From the NCBI GenBank assembly GCA_963715865.1, contig OY970280.1, forward strand, positions 1,344,001 through 1,408,000: a DNA stretch of 64,000 nucleotides, written 5' to 3'. The notes beneath the pieces were generated by a model. The model worked only from the letters and a program-made list of their open reading frames with translations, was not told the DNA's origin and did not search any database. Both the position numbers and the translations under genes were made by a program. Each line of letters starts with the position of its first letter. Within the stretch, counting starts at the first letter, position 1. Below are positions 28,297 to 36,923 of the stretch, in pieces. This DNA comes from Candidatus Bathyarchaeota archaeon (GTDB lineage Archaea; Thermoproteota; Bathyarchaeia; Bathyarchaeales; Bathycorpusculaceae).

Positions 28297-29069
28297 GCGC
28301 ACAAGCTTCTAAAGCGTCAGAACACTATTCCTCCAATCCATTCTGGGAACTGGTCAAGGTCGAGGGGAAACTCGCCCTAAGGGAGCCAATTGGCATAATA
28401 TTTGGCGTCGGACTTCCTGTATTCTTGCTGATTATATTTGGTAGCATTCCTGCCTTCAGACAGACTGTTCCTGGCACAACATTATCAACATTCGAAGTTT
28501 ACATTCCGATTCTTATGATAACTGTGCTGATATTTATTGGACTATTTGGCTTACCTATTCCAATTGCTCGCGACCGTGAGATTGGTTGGCTAAGGCGGAT
28601 CTCTACCACGCCCGTGTCGCCAACCAAGATATTGGCTGCGCAGGTGACAATCAATCTTGTTCTTGCGGCGATATCATTTGCAATACTTACGGCTGGAGGA
28701 GTCTTTTTCTTCGGGGTGAAGGGGCCGTCTGAGATTCTTGGATTCGCTCTTTCGATTGTGCTGGCAACGATTGCAATGTTTTCTTTGGGATTGCTTATTG
28801 CTGCGCTCGCGCCTTCACAGGGGGTTGCTGGAGGTATGGCACAGGGTCTTCTATATCCGCTGTTATTCTTCGCAGGAATTTACGTTCCCATGCAGTTCCT
28901 TCCAGGCTACCTGCAAACAATAAGCAATTTCACTCCAGTTGGAGCTGCAGTTCAGGCTCTTGGAAGCTCGATGCAGGGAACATTTCCTTCTATTATACCG
29001 CTGCTTGTGATGGCTGCTTATGCAGTTTTCTTTGGCTTTGTCGCCGCTCGTTACTTCAGGTGGGAATAA
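28293..29069 (+). CDS. ABC-2 permease (DrrB-like)
   Basis: 6 TM helices, RDREIGWLRRISTTP, FFAGIYVP; ATGA overlap with the ATPase gene. Confidence 0.9.
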   Translation: MSAQASKASEHYSSNPFWELVKVEGKLALREPIGIIFGVGLPVFLLIIFGSIPAFRQTVPGTTLSTFEVYIPILMITVLIFIGLFGLPIPIARDREIGWLRRISTTPVSPTKILAAQVTINLVLAAISFAILTAGGVFFFGVKGPSEILGFALSIVLATIAMFSLGLLIAALAPSQGVAGGMAQGLLYPLLFFAGIYVPMQFLPGYLQTISNFTPVGAAVQALGSSMQGTFPSIIPLLVMAAYAVFFGFVAARYFRWE

Positions 29070-29169
29070 GCATGGCGCTTGCTATCAGTAGTTAGCTATA
29101 TACCTGTTATGGAGGCACAGAAAGTCTTTAAAATAAACGTTAAGATATTGGAGCAAAAGGGTGCCATAT

Positions 29170-29313
29170 GTGAAGCTTCATTCAATTCCTGATCTTGAAG
29201 GTCGACCTGCCGGCAACTTTGAAAGAAATGTCAAGAAACCTCCTACCACTGTTCGAAAGAAAGTCATGCAAGAAGCATCTGTGCTTTTTGACCGGACAAA
29301 AATACGCGGATAG
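29170..29313 (+). CDS. 47-aa ORF, candidate antitoxin of the GNAT gene (absent from ORF track)
   Basis: GTG start after GGGTG; MKLHSIPDLEGRPAGNFERNVKKPPTTVRKKVMQEASVLFDRTKIRG; ends 26 nt before the GNAT start. Confidence 0.55.
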   Translation: MKLHSIPDLEGRPAGNFERNVKKPPTTVRKKVMQEASVLFDRTKIRG

Positions 29314-29339
29314 TAACTGAGGTAGGTACCAGATTAAGA

Positions 29340-29879
29340 ATGTCTTCCAAATTCACCCCGAGTGGTCTGTCAGTCAAAAAACTAGATGATCGGACAGACC
29401 TTTCAAGTTTTAATTGCAACGAGAATGATGAGCTAAAGTTAGACGAGTTTATCCATGATGAGGCTCTAAATTTACAAAAAGGAAGCATGGGAACTACCTA
29501 TCTGTTTTACAACGAGGACAAAGTAGTTGGTTATGTAACGATATTAATGAGCTGCATCGGTGTGAACCTGAACAAACCGCGTTCGGACACTTCTAGACAC
29601 AAGCTGCGCAAATTGCACTATCCAGCTCTTTATCTAGCGAAAATAGCAGTAGAAAACAGATTTAGACGGCGATATATTGGAAAATTGATGCTCTTTTGGT
29701 GCATCGGCTTTGCACTAAAACTGTCAGAGGAAATAGGATGTCGTTTCATATTCTTGGTTACCAAAGGGGAATCTCGAGTTAAATTTTATCATGAATGTGG
29801 TTTTCAAGAAAGCAGTTTCACCCTTAAAAAAAAGACTGGCAAAGAAGAATGGAAGATGATGTACTTTCAATTAGTCTAA
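29340..29879 (+). CDS. GNAT acetyltransferase, TacT/AtaT toxin-like
   Basis: SSFNC..LDEFI..EA, VVGYVTI, PALYLAKIAV, IGCRFI pattern typical of GNAT toxins. Confidence 0.75.
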   Translation: MSSKFTPSGLSVKKLDDRTDLSSFNCNENDELKLDEFIHDEALNLQKGSMGTTYLFYNEDKVVGYVTILMSCIGVNLNKPRSDTSRHKLRKLHYPALYLAKIAVENRFRRRYIGKLMLFWCIGFALKLSEEIGCRFIFLVTKGESRVKFYHECGFQESSFTLKKKTGKEEWKMMYFQLV

Positions 29880-29915
29880 ATAACCGCGATTAAGGCTCTG
29901 AACCCTTTTGGATCT

Positions 29916-29931
29916 GGAACCCAGCGGTTCC
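29916..29931. other. Perfect hairpin GGAACC-CAGC-GGTTCC between the GNAT stop and att-like copy B
   Basis: 6-bp inverted repeat seen directly; function (terminator or recombination site) unknown. Confidence 0.4.
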
Positions 29932-29953
29932 AACAAATTCCGATTATCCATAG

Positions 29954-30002
29954 CTTTTCGTGTGGAATTTAAACGTGGGTGTAAAGCTAACATCCCGCGC
30001 CA
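29954..30002 (+). repeat. att-like repeat, copy B, ending ACATCCCGCGCCA
   Basis: 46/47 identical to 26961-27007; the last 13 nt equal the tRNA 3' end including CCA. Confidence 0.9.
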
Positions 30003-30029
30003 ACTTTGCAATTGTAGCTTAAAACGGGT

Positions 30030-30539
30030 TTATGAGTAGTGTTGTTTGATGAATTTGGCGAGGTTGATGATTTCGAGGTCGCTGTTGCATCTTGGGCAGG
30101 TTTTTTGTATTTCGGGTGCTTTTGCGCCGATTTTCAGCGGTGCTCCACAGTGGCAGCAGTAGTATGTTAGGGTTTGTCCTTTCTCCGAGAGGGTTTTGAC
30201 GAGGGCGGCTGCTTCTTTTTGCGTCTCGGTTAATTGTTTATCTTTCTTTTTAGCAGGATTTGCTTTTTTCTCGGTGGAGTAGTCTTTGCAGGTTTCTGCT
30301 TGAGCAAAGTACGTGTTAAACCCAACCTTCGCAGGCACCAACGCTTTCCCAGTCTTCTTGCAGGACTCCTCATCGAGGTAGCCGCAGTCTTCACAGGTTT
30401 TCTTCTTGTCATACTCCTTCCGAAGCGTCCACAAGCACTCCGCACAATACAGCCGCTCTTCACCATTGATACTCACGGTTAAGCCTGAACCAGAGAAGGA
30501 TTTTTTGCAACCGCAACATTCAAACCGCATAGTGTTCAC
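30030..30539 (-). CDS. Multi-zinc-ribbon protein
   Basis: Five CxxC pairs (CCGC, CAEC, CEDC, CCHC, CPRC) in 169 aa. Confidence 0.75.
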   Translation of the reverse strand: MNTMRFECCGCKKSFSGSGLTVSINGEERLYCAECLWTLRKEYDKKKTCEDCGYLDEESCKKTGKALVPAKVGFNTYFAQAETCKDYSTEKKANPAKKKDKQLTETQKEAAALVKTLSEKGQTLTYYCCHCGAPLKIGAKAPEIQKTCPRCNSDLEIINLAKFIKQHYS

Positions 30540-30704
30540 GTGAAAACTACTATTTGGTCAGGCTTTTATTTATTGTTTGATTTAGCATTTTGTGGAAATG
30601 CCTTGTTCACGAGCATAACAGCGAGGAATTCAGCCAAAAATGCCCAAGATGTACTTGATGTTTTCTATCTGTCCTCATCACGTCGTTTAAACAGCTGAAT
30701 TTTC

Positions 30705-31556
30705 TTATTGTAAGCGTTGCTTATGCACCGATAGGTATCTTCTGACAAAGTAGGTCACGAAGCCTTCTTCAGGTCGCTGCAGAGCTTTGTAGTAGGAGTT
30801 TCTCCTCTTGTATTCTATTATGAGCATGGGATAACCGTTTTTCCACAAGATAAAATTCATTAGAAGTCTGCCTATTCTGCCGTTACCATCGCCGAAGGGA
30901 TGTGTTTTTTCAAACATGTAATGCGCCCTTCCTGCTACCTCGACGGGATTCAGTCTTGATTCATTCACGAACGTTATTAGTTGCTTCACTAGCTTTTCCA
31001 AGTCACGCCAATCGGGTGCCACGTAAAGTCCCACTCTTACAACATAGTTTCTAAATTGCCCAGCGATGTCTGGTTTTGTCTCTTCGAAAATATCTTTATG
31101 CCATCTCAACAAAAGCCTCTCCGATATTTTCTCGTCCGTTTTTAGCATTCCTAAAAACACTTTTGCGTGAGATTCGGTTTCCCTGATGTCCTTGAGAGGC
31201 TTACTTGGAGCGACTTTATCTTCCAGTATTTGCCTTGCTTCCTCAAGCGTTATAGTGGATCCTTCAATCGCGTTAGTGTTGTAAGTAAAAGCTATTGCTA
31301 TCTCCTGAAGTTCCTTTTCTTTTGCAGATTCAGGATACCTTGCCCATTCTTTCTGATAGCGATTTTTTATTTTTTCCAGTTTTTCTGACAGAGCATCTTT
31401 AGCCTCAAGCATGAGTTTAGCTTTGATTTCTTCGATGTTGTCTGGCACTTTTTTGCCTAAATATAGTTCTTTGGTGACGACTTCTCCGTCTTTTCTGAAC
31501 GAGTGTTGCAGGTAAAAATACTTTGATTTACCCTTCTTTCTTTCAACAATGTGCAT
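30705..31556 (-). CDS. Fic-family protein with N-terminal inhibitory helix
   Basis: HPFGDGNGRIGR catalytic motif and TNAIEG (S/T-x3-E-G/N) auto-inhibitory motif. Confidence 0.92.
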   Translation of the reverse strand: MHIVERKKGKSKYFYLQHSFRKDGEVVTKELYLGKKVPDNIEEIKAKLMLEAKDALSEKLEKIKNRYQKEWARYPESAKEKELQEIAIAFTYNTNAIEGSTITLEEARQILEDKVAPSKPLKDIRETESHAKVFLGMLKTDEKISERLLLRWHKDIFEETKPDIAGQFRNYVVRVGLYVAPDWRDLEKLVKQLITFVNESRLNPVEVAGRAHYMFEKTHPFGDGNGRIGRLLMNFILWKNGYPMLIIEYKRRNSYYKALQRPEEGFVTYFVRRYLSVHKQRLQ

Positions 31557-31691
31557 AAGCCTTTTACCATTACATCTCGTATAAATTTTTCGTTTTCATC
31601 AACTTCTGTAATGGTAATAGTTCCTTTACGTTTCGGGATTTTAACGAACATGAATACGAATAGAAACCAAAACAAACGACCAAATTCCACG

Positions 31692-31747
31692 CTGCTAAGT
31701 ATATGGTCGAAAGGGCCGCGTGGGTTCAAATCCCACATCCCATGCCA
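31692..31747 (+). repeat. attR-like copy of the tRNA-Ser 3' half (anticodon loop to CCA)
   Basis: Matches 25042-25096 with 4 substitutions and one extra G; no 5' half upstream. Confidence 0.92.
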
Positions 31748-31783
31748 CTTTTAAAATTTTAATTAAACAACTGAGCTTTTTCG

Positions 31784-32392
31784 TTAAACTACGAAATGAG
31801 TTACGCCAGTAAGAATGTATTGGATTGCAATGGCAGCAATAAGCAACGCCATAACCCTTGCTATAACTAAGGAGCCTGTTTTGCCTAAAAACCTGTAAAT
31901 GCCGTTTATGAACCTAAGAATGACCCATGTTAAGGATAACACAATTAAAACCGCCAGAATCGCTGTTACCGTACCGTAGGATTGAAGATTAAATATGGTT
32001 GTGGTGATGGCTCCCGGCCCCACAAGAAGAGGTATAGCAATGGGAACTGCGCCTAAGCTCTCTGGAGACTCAACGTCCTCATGCATGCTGCCCGAGATCA
32101 AAATTCTAATTGCAATAATTAGCAATAGAATGCCCCCGGCAACCTCGAAACTGTAAATCGATAATCCAAAAATCGTCAAAATCTCTTGACCAGTGAAAGC
32201 GAAAACAAGAAGCAGAATAAAGCCGACGAGCGCCGCGGTGTTGTATACTTTCTTTTTCTGTGTATCTGCCATTTTTTCGGTTAAGCCCATAAAGATGGGA
32301 ATGTTACCGAAAGGATCAACTATGATGAATAATGCTATAATGGCTTTAGCTAATTCTGAGATGAAATCCAACCTAACATTCCCCAGACTCAA
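31784..32392 (-). CDS. MarC family membrane protein
   Basis: LFIIVDPFGNIPIF, AGGILL, VPIAIPLLVGPGAITT. Confidence 0.92.
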   Translation of the reverse strand: MSLGNVRLDFISELAKAIIALFIIVDPFGNIPIFMGLTEKMADTQKKKVYNTAALVGFILLLVFAFTGQEILTIFGLSIYSFEVAGGILLLIIAIRILISGSMHEDVESPESLGAVPIAIPLLVGPGAITTTIFNLQSYGTVTAILAVLIVLSLTWVILRFINGIYRFLGKTGSLVIARVMALLIAAIAIQYILTGVTHFVV

Positions 32393-32497
32393 TCATAGTC
32401 TTGATGATGATTCGATAAAAACCTAACGGCACTGAGAATCAAAATTAACAAGTTATTGAGTTAAATAAGTCGTCGTTAAATAAATCAAGGTTCAAAA

Positions 32498-33403
32498 CTA
32501 TATGATTTTTTGCCAGCTCGCAACAAAATCTAGGAATTCTTGCACCGGTTGGCCGCCGTAACTCCTTAGTCTTTCTCTAAGTTCAACCTTTTCAACTGCC
32601 GCTTTCTGGAAATCCAAGATTTGGCTGGCGTTATCAGTCAGGTACAGGAACCCGTCGGCGCCTGCTCTTGCACAGCGAACACTGACGGTAAGCAATTCTG
32701 CGGCTGATGGCACATCTTTAGGGTTATCGCCTGGACCGAAAACGTAAAAGCTAATGTAGAACGGCTTTTTCAGCAGCTTCTTGAAGCCGCGTGCAAGCGT
32801 TTCCCAGTACCATGGTGTGGCATAGTTTTTGCTGAACATTACAACGTTGAAGGCGTCAGCGTACTTTGCAAAGTCGTCAAAGTCTACGCCGTAACGCTCG
32901 TAGGAGCTTACTGGGTCAGGCTGAATGCACAAGACTAGTTCTTTCTTGACTTTTTCTCGGATTTGAGCAATGTAGTCAGTGACTTCTTTTCTGCGCCATT
33001 CAAGCCAGCTTAAGCCGCTTTTCTTCCATAGCTCGTTGCAGCGTGGGCAAATGCAGTGTCCATGGTCTGCAAAGTATTGGCTGTTCAACCATACGCCAAG
33101 CGAGCGCGTATCAACATCTGCTACGTAGTTTAATTGTTCAGCTCTGTGCTCAGGCTGAGTAGCACAGACAACATCCCAGTAAATGTTGTAGTTGTTGTTT
33201 CCCATTTTTGCTGGTCCCAGCGGTGACTGAGAAATCCAATCTGGATGATTGCATGCGGCAACATTGTCTGCGAAAACAGCAATGTTACTGTACATATCTT
33301 GCGCTGGTGAGAGTCTCATGCCAGTTTCTGGTTTAACGCGTAAAACATGGAAGTCAAATCCTTGAGCCTTTTCAGGTTGGAAAGTGTACGTACCAAATTT
33401 CAT
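32498..33403 (-). CDS. Cytoplasmic TIM-barrel protein, glycoside-hydrolase-like, Cys-rich
   Basis: HPDWISQ, DVVCAT.PEHR, HCICPRC, WRRKEVTDYI, YGVDF pattern of GHL10-like putative hydrolases; no signal peptide. Confidence 0.55.
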   Translation of the reverse strand: MKFGTYTFQPEKAQGFDFHVLRVKPETGMRLSPAQDMYSNIAVFADNVAACNHPDWISQSPLGPAKMGNNNYNIYWDVVCATQPEHRAEQLNYVADVDTRSLGVWLNSQYFADHGHCICPRCNELWKKSGLSWLEWRRKEVTDYIAQIREKVKKELVLCIQPDPVSSYERYGVDFDDFAKYADAFNVVMFSKNYATPWYWETLARGFKKLLKKPFYISFYVFGPGDNPKDVPSAAELLTVSVRCARAGADGFLYLTDNASQILDFQKAAVEKVELRERLRSYGGQPVQEFLDFVASWQKII

Positions 33404-33915
33404 CTTGTGCGCCTTTTTCAGTCGCAAAGAAGCGGTTGTTTCGTTATAAGGTTTTTGTGTAATGCAGAAAAACTGTTGGTTTTAATTTTAAACCTGATTT
33501 AAAGATAAAAAAACGCATTTGTTTATAATCATAAAAAACTTGATACCGTTGTGTAATGGCTATGTCTTGGTTTTTAATATGCTAATTTGTTTGTTCTATC
33601 GATTGTTGTGCAATTCTTTTAGCGATGGTTTTAACTTAAATCTGTAAATTTGTGCAAAGACAGTAGAAATCTGCTCTTTTTCCATGGGTTAAAAACTTTG
33701 AGTTACAGGTGGAATTTTGGACGCTTTTTTAGTATAAGGCCCTCATTTAAAGTAAAAATTGGATGAACATCATGTTAAGAGCTGATAATATAAACGATTG
33801 CATATAATAAAGGATAAATGTGTTTCATATGCGCATCTTTTAAATATAACTATGCAATAGCTGTACAGGTAAAAAATAAATAGATAAACAAATGTCAAAA
33901 GAGGGCTGATGAAAA

Positions 33916-35190
33916 ATGGCAGCGGGAGACATAGCATGGGTCCTAACCGCAACAGCACTAGTCATGCTAATGACGCCGGCACTAGGATTCTTCTACGGAG
34001 GCCTAGTGCGAAAGAAAAACCTAGTATCAACAATCGTCCAATGCTTCGTAATATTCGCAGTCATAAGCATAGTCTGGGCACTCTGGGGCTACTGCCTTGT
34101 ATTCGGCACAAGCATCAACGGCTTAATCGGCTTCAGCCCAAGCTTAGTAGGCATGAGCGGCCTAGACATACACGCCGTTAATACGGCACTTGCACCACAA
34201 GTTCCTGAACTACTATACTTCGCATTCCAGTTGAAGTTCGCAGCCATCACACCAGCACTAATCATAGGCGCATGCGCCGAAAGAATCAGGTTCAAGTCAC
34301 TCCTCATCTTTATGGTGCTCTGGTCCACACTTATCTATGCGCCAATAGCCCACTGGGTATGGAACCCTGACGGGTGGCTCCGCACCTTTGGTGCCATTGA
34401 CTTTGCAGGCGGCATCGTCGTGCATATTTCAGCAGGCCTTTCAGCGTTGGCAGCGGCACTAGTGGTAGGTAGAAGGAAAGGGTGCGCTGTTCCATGGCAG
34501 AGTCATATGAAATCGTTAGATCAAAAAGCTAACGCAACTGAGTTTAAGCCAACAAACATTCCCTTTGTATTGCTAGGCGCAGCATTACTGTGGTTCGGAT
34601 GGTTCGGATTCAATGCTGGCAGTGCACTAGCCGCAAACGACTTAGCTGTCTCAGCGCTTGTAACTACAAACTTAGCAGCAGCCGCAGCAGCCGTAAGCTG
34701 GATGATGGCAGACTGGTTAATCAAGGGAAAACCATCAGCGGTAGGCATAGCAGTTGGCGCAGTAGTTGGATTAGTTGCTATCACGCCTGCAGCAGGCTAC
34801 GTCAACATATCATCAGCATTAATCATTGGCTTAGCAGCAGGAGTTATCTCAAACTTAGTAGCTAACTGGAGAGCAGGCAGATCACGAATAGACGATACGC
34901 TGGATGTGTTCGCATGCCACGGCGTCGGCGGAATATGGGGTTCAATCGCAACAGGACTATTCGCTTCTGGAGCTATCCAACTCGGAATAAACGGCGCGTT
35001 CTTCGGAAACCCAGCTCAACTGGTTGCTCAATTGGTAGCAGTTGCCGTGGTGGTGCCGTTTGCCTTCTTCGGTTCTTACTTACTGCTTAAATTGGTGAAC
35101 GTGTTCTCGCCGTTAAGAGTTAGCGAGGAAGCGGAAGATGCAGGTTTAGACCTGAGTGAACATGGCGAAGAAGCATACCAACTTGAATAG
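33916..35190 (+). CDS. amt: Ammonium transporter
   Basis: FQLKFAAITPAL, DFAGGIVVH, WFGWFGFN, DDTLDVFACHG (twin-His retained). Confidence 0.96.
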   Translation: MAAGDIAWVLTATALVMLMTPALGFFYGGLVRKKNLVSTIVQCFVIFAVISIVWALWGYCLVFGTSINGLIGFSPSLVGMSGLDIHAVNTALAPQVPELLYFAFQLKFAAITPALIIGACAERIRFKSLLIFMVLWSTLIYAPIAHWVWNPDGWLRTFGAIDFAGGIVVHISAGLSALAAALVVGRRKGCAVPWQSHMKSLDQKANATEFKPTNIPFVLLGAALLWFGWFGFNAGSALAANDLAVSALVTTNLAAAAAAVSWMMADWLIKGKPSAVGIAVGAVVGLVAITPAAGYVNISSALIIGLAAGVISNLVANWRAGRSRIDDTLDVFACHGVGGIWGSIATGLFASGAIQLGINGAFFGNPAQLVAQLVAVAVVVPFAFFGSYLLLKLVNVFSPLRVSEEAEDAGLDLSEHGEEAYQLE

Positions 35191-35225
35191 AAACGCCGTG
35201 TATAGCTAAGGCTAAACAGCTACAA

Positions 35226-35247
35226 TTTTCTTTTTTTATTTTATTTT
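35226..35247 (+). terminator. Oligo-T archaeal terminator-like tract after the first amt
   Basis: TTTTCTTTTTTTATTTTATTTT, 35 nt after the stop. Confidence 0.5.
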
Positions 35248-35507
35248 AGCAACCAATTTTTCACTCCACCAATATTTTTCAAAAAGCATTTGAATGTGTT
35301 AGCTCCAAAGGGCTTTGTTTTTGGACGCCTTTTCATAAAATCGATTATATCAAGGGAAGTTGTTGAAAGAATGCACTGATAGCAAGCACTTTTTTATTCA
35401 TTTATCCAGAATTATCGCTGTTATCAATGCGAATGTATAGTTTAAATATTAGTTTTGCCAAGATGCAAGAATAAACGAGCAGTAATAACGCTAGCGAAGG
35501 AACAAAT

Positions 35508-36791
35508 ATGGGAGCAGCAGACATCGCGTGGGTTCTAATGTCAACAGCTCTAGTCATGCTAATGACACCAGCCTTGGCTTTCTTTTACGGCGGCTTAGTT
35601 CGAAGAAAGAACTTGGTCTCTACGCTGGTCCAATGTATCATCATCTTTGCAGTGGTTAGTCTCGTTTGGTTCTTTTGGGGCTATAGCCTCGTTTATGGCC
35701 CCAGCGTTTATGGAATCATAGGCAACCTGTCTCTTTTCGGATTAAACAACATAAGCATAAATACCGTTAGCCCTTACGCGCCAGCTATTCCTGAAATACT
35801 CTTCTTCGCATTTCAGCTAAAGTTTGCCGCAATCACGCCAGCGCTCATCATAGGAGCATGCGCAGAAAGAATCCGCTTCAAGTCACTCCTCATCTTCGTC
35901 ATTTTGTGGTCAACCTTCATTTATTCACCCATCGCTCATTGGGTATGGAACGCCAATGGGTGGTTGCATGTCCTTGGCGCGTGGGATTTTGCAGGCGGCA
36001 TAGTCGTGCACATTGCTGCAGGATTATCGGCACTGGCAGCGGCGCTTATTGTTGGCAGAAGAAAAGGCTACGTTTACTGGAAGGACCAACTCAAAGCATT
36101 AGACCAAAAAGGCGAAAGTAAACCAGTACCCATGGGAACCGAGTTTAAACCAACCAACATTCCCTACGTGATTTTAGGCGCAGGCTTACTGTGGTTCGGC
36201 TGGTTCGGTTTCAACGGTGGCAGCGCATTAGCAGCCGATAACATTGCTGTGTCTGCCGTTGTAGCTACCAACTTGGCAGCCGCCGCAGCAGCCGTAAGCT
36301 GGATGCTACTGGATTGGGTAATCAAGGGTAAGCCTTCAGCAACAGGCATTTCAGTCGGCGCAGTGTGTGGTTTGGCAGCTATTACAGCGGCTTCTGGCTA
36401 CGTTAATTTTACTGCCGCGGTGATTATTGGTTTAGTTGCAGGAGTAGCTTCCAACTTGGTGGCTAACTGGCGAGCTGGCAGGTCAAGAATCGACGACACA
36501 TTAGACGTTTTCGCATGCCATGGAATCGGCGGCATGATTGGTGCAGTCGCAGTTGGCTTGTTCGCAACTGCTATGGTTAATCCTAGCGTTCAAGGATTAT
36601 TCTATGGCAACGCTGCTCTGCTGGGCATCCAAGTGCTTGCTGTTTTAGTCGTGTCTGCCTTCGCGTTTTGCGGGTCTTACTTGCTTTTGAGAGTGGTGGA
36701 CCTGTTCTCGCCATTGAGAGTGAGTCCTCAAGAAGAAGATGAAGGCTTGGATTTGAGCCAGCATGGAGAAGAAGCATACCACCTTGACTAA
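35508..36791 (+). CDS. amt: Ammonium transporter, tandem paralog
   Basis: Same motifs as the first copy, with long identical peptide stretches. Confidence 0.96.
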   Translation: MGAADIAWVLMSTALVMLMTPALAFFYGGLVRRKNLVSTLVQCIIIFAVVSLVWFFWGYSLVYGPSVYGIIGNLSLFGLNNISINTVSPYAPAIPEILFFAFQLKFAAITPALIIGACAERIRFKSLLIFVILWSTFIYSPIAHWVWNANGWLHVLGAWDFAGGIVVHIAAGLSALAAALIVGRRKGYVYWKDQLKALDQKGESKPVPMGTEFKPTNIPYVILGAGLLWFGWFGFNGGSALAADNIAVSAVVATNLAAAAAAVSWMLLDWVIKGKPSATGISVGAVCGLAAITAASGYVNFTAAVIIGLVAGVASNLVANWRAGRSRIDDTLDVFACHGIGGMIGAVAVGLFATAMVNPSVQGLFYGNAALLGIQVLAVLVVSAFAFCGSYLLLRVVDLFSPLRVSPQEEDEGLDLSQHGEEAYHLD

Positions 36792-36923
36792 CGCTTGCCC
36801 CTCAAACGTGACACCTTAAGCCTTGCTACCGAGCGGTAATTTTCAAGCGATAAGGAAGCGTAAAAGTTCCTAGCACTACTTTTTTATCCTAACTCTTAGT
36901 GATACAATTTAGAGGTTTTCAAT

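Larger units (their letters stand above)
25097..31747. mobile_element. tRNA-Ser-anchored genomic island, integrase-less, three tandem cassettes
   Basis: Bounded by the tRNA and a 56-bp copy of its 3' half (31692-31747), with two internal att-like copies. Cargo is accessory (ABC exporters, GNAT, Fic, Zn finger). Confidence 0.8.

Noticed and set aside
25097-31691. Integrase or transposase for the tRNA island
   Set aside because: No tyrosine (R..HxxR..Y) or serine recombinase motifs in any listed ORF or in the spacers I translated; no split SSV-type int halves recognised at the att sites.
31682-31691. AAATTCCAC just before the outer att copy, the inverse of GTGGAATTT in the internal repeats
   Set aside because: A 9-bp AT-rich match can arise by chance; noted only as a possible arm site.
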